From: Eledone cirrhosa
Lineage: Eukaryota
DNA: 64,000 nt
NCBI GenBank assembly: GCA_964016885.1
Contig: OZ024740.1
Coordinates: 202,244,001 to 202,308,000 of the forward strand
Direction: 5' to 3'
A program made the translations under genes and the position numbers. Positions 13,201 to 28,056 of the stretch are shown here, one piece after another; position 1 is the stretch's first letter, and each line of letters opens with the position of its first letter. Below the pieces are notes generated by a model that was given only the letters and a program-made list of their open reading frames with translations, did not search any database and was not told the origin of the DNA.

Positions 13201-14108
13201 AGCCGTCACAATGTTGTCCAACGTGACCATTTAGGTCGCCTGCAATAATTATATAGTCACTGTCAGATATTTGGGAGGTAGTTAGCAACAGTGTCTCATA
13301 GAATCTGTCTTTTATAGTGCCGGGCAGTCCGGATTGGGGTGCGTACGCAGATATTACTGTCACCGTAGTTCTATTGAGGACAAGTCTTATTTTAATTATT
13401 CTGTCGTTCACTCTATTTACGTCTATTATCTTATCTGCCCACTTTTCTGCTACCATGATTCCTACTCCACCCAGCCCATCGTCGTTTCCCACCCAGAAAA
13501 GCTTATAACATCGTTTTTTACCCTCAATGAATCTAGCAGACCCACCCCTCCACCTGGTCTCTTGAATACAACAAACATCGACCTCCTTACGTTCAAGCAT
13601 TTCTACAACCTCGCTAGCGCGACCCTTTAGGGTGCCTACATTTATGGTACCAACTCTGAAGTTTTGGGTTGCGTTTGGAGGGTGGGGGTGGTGGGGGCGG
13701 GAGGAGATAGGGTTATGTTAGCCATCCGCGGACGAAACAAAGAGGAGTGCTCGCATTCTCGTCCACGAGGTGAATTTGACTTTAACTTTGGCATTTTCGC
13801 TCTGAGCGTCCAGATTTTTCTCTCCCTTCCACTCTCCAGGATTCCGCAGTCCGTCCGTCCATCCATCCATCCATCATATATCGAAGGCAACCGTGCAAGC
13901 GATAGTATAGGCCTCTGGCTTATGATTTGGTCCGCGTAATAATAATAATGGTGATGCGTGGGGGGGGGGGGGGGGGCTCTGGCTTATGATTGGTCCACGT
14001 ATTAAGTATGGTGGGGTGTGGGGTAGCTAGCTGGAAGGTTATGAATGTTTAACAAGCGATTTAACAAAAAGCAAAACTGCAAGATTTGTTCTGTTCAATA
14101 CGACAAAA
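10269..14108 (-). mobile_element. Near full-length RTE-clade LINE
   Basis: APE endonuclease (GTINVGTL, CIQETRW, SAYAPQ, GDLNGHVG, VDYIL, SQHRL), RT (YRGIKL, QFGF, FVDLEKAFD, GVHQGSVLSP, YADD), 3' UTR and (ATG)n tail; (TA)n on both sides. Confidence 0.95.
10627..13660 (-). pseudogene. RTE APE-RT polyprotein with PHD-type finger, broken at ~11252
   Basis: 782-aa ORF 11252-13600 plus C-terminal ORF 10627-11217; frame broken by a small deletion relative to sister copies. Confidence 0.9.
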
Positions 14109-14222
14109 ATATATATATATATATATATATATAAAGGTTTACATATACATAAATTTATATATGTTACAACCGGTCACTTTTTAGCTCTATGAAGAATTAA
14201 TAAATTAAATACTCAGAGCAAT

Positions 14223-15387
<1,165 letters not shown>

Positions 15388-15413
15388 TATAATATATATA
15401 TAGAATTGAACTC

Positions 15414-15460
<47 letters not shown>

Positions 15461-15500
15461 TATATATATACCCATGCTAACGTCGGAAAGGGGACATTAA

Positions 15501-15717
15501 CTCTTTAGCATTTACATTATTCTAAACTTACTATTGTATTTTCACAGTAAAGTCTTTATTTTACATAATTATCTATGTTATATCAAATCTACGAGATTTT
15601 GATGTCACTTATTTTGAGAACAATACCTTAATATAGGTATGAGCAGCCAGTTAGAGCTGGTGTGAAAAAGAGGTGAGAGAATTCTGGCCGGATATGGCCA
15701 GTTTAAATGCTAAAGGG
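15501..15717. mobile_element. piggyBac-type MITE
   Basis: TTAA flanks; termini C(C/T)CTTTAGCATTT/AAATGCTAAAGGG; five copies in the window. Confidence 0.8.
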
Positions 15718-15924
15718 TTAAACAGTGTTGTTGTTGATGATGATGATGATATATATAAACATAATGGGCTTCTGTAGTTTCTGTCTACCAAATTTCATAC
15801 ACAAGGCATTGGTCAATTTGAGGTTATAGTAGAAAACACTGGCCTACAGTGGGACTGAACACCAAACCATATGATTGTGAAGTGAATCCCTTAACCATTT
15901 CATTACAAAATTCCTAATAAAATG

Positions 15925-16141
15925 ATTCCTAATACAACTCATCAAAGGTGTATGTATAGTACATAGAATAATGTACAAATTTCAGGAAAATGAACAGTGT
16001 ATGTGTCATGATATATATGTGTGCATGTGTATGGAGGGGTGATATCAGGGGCAGTGTTGGCGAATTTCAGGAAGCATCAAGGTTTTAAAGAATGCAGTGT
16101 CTCGGCAGCTAACAACTGATGCAGGTAGTTTGTTCCATGCT
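15925..16141 (-). mobile_element. CR1/L2-like LINE 3' fragment
   Basis: Minus strand reads AWNKLPASVVSCRDTAFFK, the WNxLP..VV...FK C-terminal motif. Confidence 0.55.
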
Positions 16142-16342
16142 GGGCTTTATGAAAATTATTAATTATTTCATCACTAATATAGGAACTTAATATATGGTTC
16201 TTATAAAAGTTGTGCTGAAATATATTCATTTAAATAGGAACCCTTTAAAATTGGTGGTTTTATTTTATAGAACTAGAGCTGGTTATGGCTGTGTTGGTAA
16301 CAAAAGAGTTAATCACACAGCTATGCCTGTATCTACATTTAA

Positions 16343-16550
16343 CCCTTTAGCATTTAAACTGGCTGTATCCAGCCAAAATTCTTTCACTTCTTTCTGTTCA
16401 AACCACCAGTAACCGGCTGCTCATACTGATGTTAAGGTATTGTTCCCAATATAATATCAAAATCAGATAGATTTGATATTTGATATTTGAGATAAAGCCT
16501 TTACCATGAAAATATAATAGTGTATATAGAGTAATGTAAATACTAAAGGG
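16343..16550. mobile_element. piggyBac-type MITE flanked by a 113-bp direct duplication
   Basis: TTAA-CCCTTTAG...CTAAAGGG-TTAA; direct repeats 16230-16342 and 16551-16663. Confidence 0.8.
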
Positions 16551-16944
16551 TTAAATAGAAATCCTTTGAAATTGGTGGTTTTATTTTATAGAAGTAGAGC
16601 TAGTTATGGCTGTGTTGGTAATACAAGGGTTAATCACACAGCCATGCCTGCACCCACATTTAATTGAAACCTTGCTATATTTTGTTAGAAACTCTTTAAT
16701 GCAATAAACAGGCTGAACTGCCCAGAAAAGTAGGGCACTTAAAATGAAGTGAGATGTACTTTCCAGATGAATTACCATATTTAGAGAATGTTGACATTTT
16801 TAATGTCAAAGAAGGAGGGTCATGTGAGAATTAAACAGATTGTAACACTTTAAATCTACAGACTGGATATCATGTCAGATTTTTCAATATTTTCTAATAA
16901 TATTTGTGCCTCATTGTGATTTTGCATATGTATGTATGTATGGT

Positions 16945-17550
16945 GCTACTGGTAACATGTATCCCAGTACCACCTGTCTCATGGTCGGGTCATTGGCGAC
17001 TAAACTGGCAACCCCACCAAGGTTTCTTGGTGAGGAGGGTGACTTTGGACATCCTGCAGGACTAAAAACAAAACCTGTCAAAGGACAAAGGAGCTCTTAA
17101 GAGTCAATGGCCATCCAAAATCACCGGGAGAGATTACTCCTTAGCCTTTCTCAAGGCAGAATTCTAGGAGAAGGAAAACTCTGATATAACACCTGCAACC
17201 CTGATGGTATCCAATGATGTTGACTTGTTCTTTTATTTGGTAAATATCATCTTGGTTAAGAGAGTGGGACTGGCTTTGTGCAGTGCCTTTGCTCACTATA
17301 AAAGCTTCACGGCACAGGCATTGCTTTATATCTGGAGATCTCTCTGCACTTGTCATCACATGGTACCATCGGCCCAGCACTATGTGTCAATTATTGTCAC
17401 AAGTGTAGTGTTTGCACCAGAGTTTTCAAGTCGCTGGCTGGACTAAAAAGTCACATTCGTTCAGCGCATCAGTAGGGGTTCTCCTACATGGATATAAAGT
17501 AGTGGCCGTACTCGAAAACGAGTTGGCAGCCACCATGTATGTATGTATGT
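16945..17550 (+). mobile_element. Internally deleted RTE-like element ending in a C2H2 finger and (ATGT)n tail
   Basis: 17398-17475 encodes HKCSVCTRVFKSLAGLKSHIRSAHQ*; 5' part is homologous to 26760-26900 (opposite strand). Confidence 0.55.
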
Positions 17551-17753
17551 ACGTGTGTGTGTGTGTACATGCATGTATAGTATGTGTATATCATCATCAC
17601 CATTTTACATCTATTATCCATGTTTGCAAAGGTTAGACAGGGGCCAAACAGGTCACTCATATTTTCATTTTTGGCTTGGCAAAGGAAATGGATGTTAAAC
17701 GATGATGATGATGATGATATATATATCTATATCTATATATATCTATCTCTATA

Positions 17754-17796
<43 letters not shown>

Positions 17797-17929
17797 TCCC
17801 CATTATCACCATTTGACATCCATTTTTTCACGCTAGCATGGGTTAGACAAGTTGCTTTGTTAGAGGCATGTTGGGTCAGGTAGCCATGTCATGCTCACAC
17901 AGAACTGTAATGCTCTTCCTAACGTTAAA

Positions 17930-18275
17930 CACATTTATAGTGTGTGCTGGGTACTTTTTGTTGTGACACCTACACAACCACTTTACAGTGTGTGCTGGGT
18001 GCTTTTTGTTGTGACACCTACACAACCACTTTACAGTGTGTGCTGGGTACTTTTTGTTGTGACACCTACACAACCACTTTACAGTGTGTGCTGGGTGCTT
18101 TTTGTCCTGACACCTACACAACCACTTCACAGTGTGTGCTGGGTGCTTTTTGTCATGACACCTACACAACCTCTTTACAGTGTGTGCTGGGTGCTTTTTG
18201 TCATGACACCTACACAACCTCTTTACACTGTGGGCTGGGTGCTTTTTGTCATGACATCCACACGACCACTTTACA
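17930..18275. repeat. 48-bp minisatellite (~7 units) inside an RTE-3'UTR-derived element (~17795-18275, -)
   Basis: Unit acagtgtgtgctgggtgctttttgttgtgacacctacacaaccacttt. Confidence 0.9.
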
Positions 18276-20174
18276 ATATATATGGGAACATAAGTAACTG
18301 GAAGGTCAGTGGCTCTACTGTAATGCTTACTCACTCTGCATGTAGGGAAAATGATTATGATCTTTTGTGTTGGGACACATACATTGTGAATTTTCACATT
18401 GAAATTTTTATACTTTTTAAAAATGTTATAATGATTAGAAACACAGATTGATGATTCTTGTATTTTAGGCCTTTTCTACTGCAATTATAATGGCCTCTGC
18501 TCTTTCGAGATGGATGGTTTCATGCCACCTCCACTCAGACACTCTGAACTCTGTCTCTTTTCTTTCCATCGCTGCCCCTCCTCCAACTGATTCTGCACTA
18601 ACAATTACACCCAGTCCTACCTGTTCAGCATGTTGGCCCTCTGGAATACTCTTACCATTTTTTTTTCTAATGTTTTATTAAGGGGAGGGAGAGTGGTACC
18701 CATGACCCTTTTCAGGACTTCTGTAACAGCTAGGAAGAAAGGAGGAAGTTATCCTCAGACCGGGGACTCCACACAAATGCTTGCAACAGAGTGAGTCTAC
18801 TAAAGACACCAAAGGGAAAAACGATACTGTTAAACTGACTCATCATCATCATCTTCGTTTAACGTCCATCTTCCACGCTAACAAGGGTTAGACGAATTGA
18901 TTGTAGAAATATCAACCATAGAGGATTTAGACATAGTGAGTTCCTAAGCTATATAAAGCTTTGAAGCTCCTTCTTAAAGAAATTACACGAGATCTCACAA
19001 AAATTTCAAACTTACTGTATCATCATCATCATCATCATCACTATTTAACGTCCATTTTCCACGCTAGCATGGATTAGACAAGTTGTCCTGTTGTGGGAAA
19101 TGCTAGGTGAGGTGACCATGTCATGCTCATACAGAACTGATTCTGGCTTGGTTTCTACAGCTGAATACCCTTACTAATACCATGCTCATTTACAGTGAGT
19201 ACTGGGTGCTATTTGTTGTGATGCCTACACGACCAGTGTAGACTGTATATACTTGGATATAAGCCAACCCCTATTTTATGCCTGAGAAATAGGCAAAAAT
19301 CTAAACTCCATGTATAAACGGAGGCAGCTAATCAACACATTATGTTTAGATGGTATGGTTTTGAAATTCTCATGAGTGGAGAATATATTTATAAAGTTTT
19401 AATATTTTGATATTTAAAAGGTTTTTTAAGTGTCATTTAGAGTATAGTTTTTGTTTCACAACTCCATTACATAATGATTTTTTTTATCAGTTTCCAACCG
19501 TTTTGAAGGCCATATTCATTCAAAACATATAAAAAACAATAGGAAAAACAAATTTCACCCCCAAAGTGAAACCAGGGTAATATTCACCTCCAAAGCAAAA
19601 ATATTTTAGTTGTGTTTTCAATATATATATGTGTGTATGACAGTGTGTGTGTGTGTCTGTGTGCGTGTGCATGTGTGTGTGTGTGAATCTCCTTGCAGTT
19701 TCATATCAACACCATAGAAAGCAAATAATGTTTGTTTATGCCCTGCATAAACAATATATTTCACCACTTAAAAGTATAAGTGGGGATTAAGAAGGGTATG
19801 AAATTATAGAAAAAAACTACTTACTAAAACAAGTCTTGTTCAGTATGGAAGGTCAGGTCTGTCCCAAGTTCATAAACACACCAGGCCTAAGCTGATCCCA
19901 GTTTCATTGGCATTAAGTAACTTAGAATACATGAATGCCCCATGGATGGGCGGCTAGTCCATCTCAAGATTAACACTTACCTACTGCTGCTGGTGGTGGT
20001 ACTCATTTATTTCAGCTGAGTAAACTGGATCAATGTGAAATAAAGTGGGTTGTTCAATAACACAACATGCCGCTCAGTTCTGGGTTCAATCCCATGACAT
20101 TACAATTGTAAGCCTAACAGCTTAACTACAAAGCTACATACCCTCATTTCACCAGCAGCTTCTATTGCCCTCCC

Positions 20175-20735
20175 CCACGAGTACAACCTTTATCCCCCCC
20201 TCATGAGTACAATATTTATTCTCCTCCCCACGAATACAACCTTTATCCCCCCCCATGAGTACAACCTCTATTCCCCTCCCCCATGAATATAACCTTTATT
20301 CCCCTCCCCCATGAGTACAACCTTTATTCCCCTCCCCCATGAGTACAACCTTTATTCCCCTCCCCCATGAGTATAACCTTTATTCCCCTCCCCCATGAGT
20401 ATAACCTTTATCCCCTCCCCCATGAGTACAACCTTTATTCCCCCCCCCCCCACGAGTACAACCTTTATTCCCCTCCCCCATGAGTATAACCTTTATTCCC
20501 CTCCCCCATGAGTATAACCTTTATTCCCCTCCCCCATGAGTACAACCTTTATCCCCCCCCCATGAGTACAACCTTTACCCCCCCCCCCCCCCCATGAGTA
20601 CAACCTTTATTCCCCTCCCCCATGAGTACAACCTTTATTCTCCCTCCCCCATGAGTACAACCTTTATTCCCCTCCCCCATGAGTACAACCTTTACCCCCC
20701 CCCCCCACGAGCACAACCTTTATTCCCCCTTCCTC
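20175..20735. repeat. 28-bp C-rich minisatellite (~19-20 units)
   Basis: Unit atgagtacaacctttattcccctccccc. Confidence 0.92.
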
Positions 20736-20946
20736 CATACTATGTTTATAGTTGCTCCCTACTCCAGTACTACTTTTATTGGCACCATTCCCCTTTGCTA
20801 ACCCCAGTTTTACCTGTGTGGAGCCCAATACTACCTTTATGACCCCCCCCTCTTCCCACCAGTACAACCATTATTGATCCCCACCCCACCTGTACAACCT
20901 TTATGGGTTTCTCCTCAGTACTACCTTTTTAACTGTCCCCCCTTCT

Positions 20947-21310
20947 CAGTAATATCTTCATAGACCCCCCAGTAATATCTTCATAGACCCCCCCAGTAAT
21001 ATCTTCATAGACCCCCCCTCCCCCAGTAATATCTTCATAGACCCCCCCAGTAATATCTTCATAGACCCCCTTCCCCCAGTAATATCTTCATAGACCTCCC
21101 TCCCCCAGTAATATCTTCATAGACCCCCAGTAATATCTTCATAGACCCCCAGTAATATCTTCATAGACCTCCAGTAATATCTTTATAGACCTCCAGTAAT
21201 AGCTTCATAGACCCCCCAGTAATATCTTCATAGACCCCCCCCCCCCAGTAATATCTTTATAGACCCCCAGTAATATCTTTATAGACCCCCAGTAATATTT
21301 TTATAGACCC
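20947..21310. repeat. ~21-30-bp minisatellite with variable C tract
   Basis: Unit cagtaatatcttcatagac(c)n. Confidence 0.9.
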
Positions 21311-22256
21311 AGCCTCAGTAGTACTCCCCCACTATACAACCTTTACAACCCTCATGTATCACCCCCGGTTAGAAACCACCTTTATAGGCTTCTTAGCTCT
21401 ACCTTTTTAACCTGTTAGTAGTACCTTCATAGATCCCCAGTAATGTCTTTTATAGATCCTCCTCCCCAGTATATACAACCTTTGTGGACTCCCCTCTCCT
21501 ATCCCATGCCTGTGTGTACCCTCAGATTAGAAACCACCTTTATGGGCTTCTCCTTGGCACTACCAGTAATATCTGTATAGACCCCCTTCACTCCCTCATA
21601 AAAGCTTTGTGGACTCCTCCTTCCCCATCCCGTACAACCATTTTTGTACCCTCAGGTAAGGAACCACTGTTCACACATTTCAATGGACATTAACAAAGCT
21701 ACCAGGCTTTCATTGCCAAGTTGAAAAGCAACGTTTGTTGGTGTTGGCAAATATATATTAATAGGGAACGTAAAATGTTACAGGGTACGCTTGATAAATG
21801 AGAGATAAAGCTGATTATTGTGTAACACATATATATATACATATATTATATATAGGACTAGGTTATTATTGAATAAATGAATGGTGTGATCTTCATTACT
21901 CAATGATTGTAATCACTTTATCAGTGGATGTTGATTGGTCGAAACAAAATAAGATCTTTGCTCATCGATGATCAGGCAATCCTTTATTGTGTTGTTCTGC
22001 TTTTAAACTATTAATTCACATCAAGACAAACAAAACAGATAAACAATGTTGTAAAATAAACAAAATATATAGTTAGGTCACTGTACAAATACGTGTTCTC
22101 TCCCCACCCCTCTCTCTCTCATATATATATATATTTATAAATATATTTTTACTCATATATCTTTTCTCATTCTATCTTCCGGAGAAGGACTGACATCTCA
22201 ACCGATAAAACTCTTTTCTTACTATATTTAAGAGTTAAATTAATATATATCATCAT

Positions 22257-22330
<74 letters not shown>

Positions 22331-22333
<3 letters not shown>

Positions 22334-23136
22334 GTTTCTGAATTTGTCTAGCAAGATTCTTTATCTGAAAACGTGTGTAACCGATATTGTTATACTTTGG
22401 GAGGGTCATGTTGCCAATAAGAAACACACGCACCAGTTGCTTTCACTTCAATTTATTATAATAAATTTATAAATTTAGGAATTTATAAATTTCCGGTTGG
22501 TTGGTTGGTTCCACAACCAGGTAGTTGTTTATATATTGTCAAATTTCTTTCGTCACACATTCTGTGACCTCTTCAGTGACTGGGGATTCTTTTCTTTGTT
22601 TTTGTGCCTCTCCTTATAGAATCTACACACAGAAAAGACGCAATGTTTAGACAAATCACAGAAGCAATAAACATAAAAGAATTACAACCAAAATTAAATA
22701 GAAAATATGAGTGGAACAGCAACATCACAACTTACAATTAAGGACAAAATGAAAACACACACGCACATAGAACAAACAACCAACCTGTAACATGTAAATA
22801 AACAAATAAATAAACGAATATAAACACACACAGACACCCGGATGTGGCGCATGCGCAGACTGAGCACAACACACACACAGAAACAAAATGGCGTAGGACA
22901 GAACAAAGGAGAGGCACAAAAACAAAGAAAAGAATCCCCAGTCACTGAAGAGGTCACAGAATGTGTGACGAAAGAACTTTGACAATATATAAACAACTAC
23001 CTGGTTGTGGAACCAACCAACCAACCGGAAATTTATAAATTCCTAAATTTATAAATTTATTATAATAAATTGAAGTGAAAGCAACTGGTGCGTGTGTTTC
23101 TTATTGGCAACATGACCCTCCCAAAGTATAACAATA
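22331..23136 (+). mobile_element. 5'-truncated Penelope-like element with inverted upstream pLTR
   Basis: 22616-22741 encodes IESTHRKDAMFRQITEAINIKELQPKLNRKYEW (homologous to the peptide at ~3230-3430); inverted arms ~22385-22615/22906-23136; within (TA)n. Confidence 0.75.
22941..22983 (+). ncRNA. Minimal hammerhead motif, family C (mirror on - strand 22538-22580)
   Basis: gtca-CTGAAGA-g-GTCACA gaatg TGTGAC-GAAA-gaac-TT-tgac. Confidence 0.7.
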
Positions 23137-23809
23137 TATATATATGTACTTTGATAACTTTGATGTGTTGGTCAATATTAGCTCAGGCTATATCTAACGT
23201 AACAGCACAACCTGGTAAAGTCATTCAAATCATGTTTAACAGTTTAGTCAGACTTTGGACACCATGGCCCATAGAGTTGTTGTTGTCTAAAACATATATG
23301 GGTGTAGGTGGATTATCTGGAATTTGTTGGAGAGAATTTGTCCAGGGACCATTCGAACGTTATGGCATAGTTTTCTTCTTTTGTTTTTTGGTATGGTGTT
23401 GAAGAGAGCAAAGGCCAGTTGAGGTGAAATACGCCTCTCAACTTTACTGGGAGCATTTTTGTAGAACTAGCAATATAAATGTTGTTGTGTCATGATTGAA
23501 GGGTCCTCTCAATCTTTTTGGCATGGTTTCTACAGCTGGATGCCCTTCCTAACACCAACCACTTTACAGAGTGTACTGGATGTGTTTTATCGTGGTACCA
23601 GCACTAAGGAGGTTGTTGTTCTTTGATTCAACCAAAGAAACCGCCATACCCTAGAAGGTGGTGGATAATTCATAATTAGTGGTGCCACTTAAAGGTAGGA
23701 ACTACAAAATATTTAAGAGACGTATGTATTATGTGTATGTATAAGGGAGTGTGAGTGTGTGTGTGTCTCTGCATGCATATGTAAGTTGTTTATGTATGAA
23801 AGTGTATCA

Positions 23810-25686
23810 TCTAAACTATAATAAAGTAAGAAGCGCGGGACTGCGTACGGTTTATAATTTTTTATCCCATTAGTAAAATAAGTTGGATTACTTTGAATAA
23901 ATAATTGTTTCTACTTTAGGCACAAGGCCAGCAATTACCCCAGTGCATTTCTGGTACTTTATTTTATCGACCCCGTAAGGATGAAAGGCAAAGTTAACCT
24001 CGGCGGGATATGAATATTACATAATTTATCTGCTAAATTTCGCGGCTGTTCATTAAATATATTTTATTATTTATTTAAAGATTCACTTCTTTAAACTTTT
24101 CAAATGTCCACACTTCCGGTGGCGATCGCTTAAATAAGCATATTAATTTTCTGTCACTAATTTTCTCCTAATACAATTTATATATAATATCGTCTTTTTT
24201 TTTAATGTATCATGGATTACGCTACTGATTACATAAGACAGTGTAACACAGTCTTTGTTCAATTTCTGTGTATATTGTCAATTACGATTTTATTTGACGT
24301 ATCATATCTACTATGTATACTTGCGTATAATATCAATATACACACTACACATGCTAGCAGAAAACCAACCGAAGGATGGTTTTTCTGCAAGTCTAAACTA
24401 TAATAACGTAAGAAGCGCCAGATTGGGTACGGTTTATCTTTTGATTGCGTATAATATCAATATACACACTACACATGCTAACAGAAAACCAACCGAAGGG
24501 TGGTTTTTCTGCTAGTAACTATAATAAAGGGATTGCGTCCCGAATATATTTGTTTATCCCGTTAGTAAAATAAGTTAGATTACTTTGAATAAATAATTGT
24601 TTTTATTTTTTGTCACAAGGCCAACAATTACCTAGTGCATTACTGGTTCTTTATTTTATCGACCCCGTAAGGATGAAAGGAAAAGTTGACCTCGGCGGGA
24701 TTTGAACTCAGATCGTAAAGGCCCGTAACTCTATGTTGCAAAGCATGGCGTCCGACCTGATACTGCCAATAATGAATGAATATTACATAATGTATCTACT
24801 AAATTTCGTAGCTGTTGATTAAACATAAATATTCTTATATATAATGATTGCTTATTTTAAGATTCACTTCTTTTAAAATTTTCAAATGTCTACACTTCCG
24901 GTTAGCATCCGTTATATCATAACACTTATTACATTGCTTATATAAACATCCATATATTTACATCGTTATATAAGGTTTCATTACATTTCACCGTAATCTA
25001 GTTTATATATAATATCGTCTTTTTTAAATGTATCGTGGATTACTTTACTGATTACAGAAGAAAGTGTAACATAGTCTCTCTTCAATTTCTGTGCATATTG
25101 TCAATTACGATTTTATTTGACATATATCTACATGCATGTATATTTGTATATAATATAAACATGCACAGTACACATGCTAGCAGAAAACCACCCATTGGGT
25201 GGTTTTTCTACTAGTCTAAACAATAATAAAGTAAGGAACGCGGGACTGCGTACGGTTTATAATTTTTTATCCCATTAGTAAAATAAGTTGGATTACTTTG
25301 AATAAATAATGAATGAATATTACATAATTTATCTACTAAATTTCGTGGTTGTTCATTAAATATAACTTATTACTTATTTAAAGATTCACTTCTTTAACAT
25401 TTTCAAATGTCAACACTTCCTGTTAGCGATCGCTTAAATAAATATTCATATATTTCCCTCACTAATTTTCTCCGAATGCAGTTTATATATAATATCGTCT
25501 TTTTTAATGTATCATGGATTACGTTACTGATTACGTAACACAGTCTTCGTTCAATTTCTGTGTATATTGTTAATTACGATTTTATTTGATGAATCATATC
25601 TACATGTATATATACTTGCGTATAATATCAACATACACACTACACATGCTAGCAGAAAACCAACGGAAGCGTGCTTTTTCTGCTAG
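23810..25686 (+). mobile_element. Head-to-tail array of four non-autonomous Helitron units
   Basis: A|TCTAAACTATAATAAAG start; each unit ends with a hairpin (agaaaacc..ggtttttct) and C(T/A)AG; junctions at 24391/2, 24515/6, 25214/5; final CTAG|T. Confidence 0.8.
24593..24769 (-). mobile_element. tRNA-derived SINE (Meta-domain-like) nested in Helitron unit 3; shorter copy in unit 1 (23901-24009)
   Basis: Matches 46819-47010; aataat duplicated at both ends; empty site in unit 4. Confidence 0.8.
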
Positions 25687-26274
25687 TGTATGTAAGTGTG
25701 CAAGAGAATGTGTGTCTGTGTATGTCTGTGTCCGTGTGTAATTATTATGTTGTGAGTGTGTGTGTATATAAGTAAATGTGTGTGTTTAAGAAGATGTATA
25801 TTTGTGCAAGTGTAAGAGAGATAGTGTGTGTGTGTGTGTCTAAAAGAGGGTGTGCATGTGTGTAAGAGAGAGAGAGGGGGTGAGAAAGAGATAGTGTGTG
25901 TATGTAAGACAATATGTAAAATAGATTATACGGAGAACAATATTCTACAGTTGGTCTTTTATCTCGTTATAAACAACGTCTTTAGGCCATTTGCCAAATA
26001 AACAACGTAGCTTGCACTGGAAATATTTCTAAGCTTACAGAAGCAGGTTGTTACTATATATATATAACAATATATATATCATCATCACTCACCATTACCG
26101 TTAACGTCCATTTTTCCATACTAGCATGGGTTAGATGAGGTTTCTACAGCTGGATGCCCTTCCCAACGCCAATCTCGTGACATCTACACGACCACTTTAC
26201 AGTGTGGACTGGGTGCTTTTTGTTGTGACACCTACATGACCACTTTACAGTGTAGACTGGGTGCTTTTTGTTGT

Positions 26275-26328
<54 letters not shown>

Positions 26329-28056
26329 TCGATAGCAGGCGGTCCCCAAATATATAGGGAGAGCAGTGCTATGTATAAAAAGACCTGCTTTGTCACCATG
26401 AGAATACATGAACAGTACAAATTGCTCATATTTTGCATATGAACAGCTATCACCTAACAGTTGCCACTGTGTAGAACTCCAGCTAAGGACTTCTTGTAAC
26501 AGCCTTTACTTGTTCCCATCACTTTTGCTTTCTCACCAGTGGACTTCGTGCTAATGGTGGAATATCAAATAGAAAGAAGTGGTAGAGCTGTTGAGCTACC
26601 TACACAGATGAATTCATTATAATGGTGAAGGCTTGTATTGGACCAGCCACACCTTTTGGAAATGTTGATAACAAAGGATTGGTGTAAAAGTTCACCACAG
26701 ACCCAGTGAACATCACACCTCAGGTGTTGGAAGGTCGTTGACTCCTGAGAGTTTTTCCAGCCTTTGATTGGTTTTGTTTTTTATCCCACAGGGTGACCCC
26801 AAATCACCCTCCTCACCAAATACGCTTGGTGTGGTTGCTGGTTTAGGTGGCGACGACCTGACCATGTGACAGGTTGTACTGGCTACATGTTACCAGTTGT
26901 ATGAATTGGACGCGTCTTTCTCAGTACAGCATCTCACCACTTGTGGCACTCCTTCGTTGTCTCCCTCCCATATATATATATATATATGAATAAAGTTAGT
27001 CCTTCATCAGTGATCTTCCAACCATCATCGGTATTTCTTCGCTTTAAAGACCATATACCTCCGGTTGGTGCGAGCAACGGCTAAAAATAGTCTTTGGGAC
27101 ACGTAAATAAGGGGAACGAGCGAGAGTGTAAACAAACAAAGATGGTGAAGCAACGAAAAGTGAGGACGAACGAGTCAAGTCCCAAATTTCCATGAATATA
27201 AGTTCGGTGAAATCGTGAACGAGAGAGAATAAAGACCATCAAACCTGGTTGGAATGTGAGCAAGGAAGGAATTCCGTACAGGTCTAACGGGAGGAAGAAG
27301 GGATCTAGTCTGTGAATTCGGTGAACATAAGTTCTGTGAAATCGTAGACGAGAGAGAGAAAAAAAGGCGAACCAGCCTGACCAAGCGTGTGAAAGAAAAG
27401 AATTACGCACAGGTCAAACGGGAAGAAGGAGGAGGAGGATAGGTAGTAACAGAGAGTGAATGAGTGAAGGGTGAGGAAGAGGCTAACAGAGAGAGTGACT
27501 GTTAGAGAGGGTAAAGATACAGAGATATATATAAAATTTCAAGTTATCAATAATGTAGTGATAATATATCGTCACGTTAGAGATGAACAGCGTACGTGTA
27601 GGTAGGTTTGCTCAACGAGTATAAATTATATTCCGGAGAAAATGTAGAAAAGATGAATATAAAATGAAAGGGCTTTTATAAAGGAATTTATTAGGTATTA
27701 ACATATGTTTCTGTAACAGACGGAATACCTATGTATCGCTGCTTGCGTAATCATATAATGTTAGCAAGTATTCGATAGCAAATGTATAATCAGTTGTCAC
27801 TTCTTCAGAGATATTGGATAAATTGGAAAAAATCAGAAAAATCAAAGTATTTATATTAGTTGTAAGAAAGGAAGAAGAGAAGGGATAGTATATGACAGAT
27901 GGCAATTCAATTTGCTGGTAAACAAGTATATAGAAGGTTTTTAATGAGAATACAAGGAGTATATGGCTTATTTTATCTAAATAAGAATTTTTGGGAGTGC
28001 CTATTTTAATCTATATTTGACCAGTTGAACAATGGACGTTTGGTGTAGTAGTATTA

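Noticed and set aside
10703-13630. Plus-strand ORFs overlapping the RTE (also 33391-34083 and 53077-53523)
   Set aside because: Antisense shadows of the LINE ORF with no independent motifs.
17398-17475. Host C2H2 zinc-finger gene
   Set aside because: Single finger followed by a stop, short UTR and (ATGT)n tail; fits a LINE C-terminus.
21885-21960. gatct...GAAA-caaaa-TA-agatc hammerhead-like outline
   Set aside because: No recognisable CTGAnGA core and no stem III pairing.
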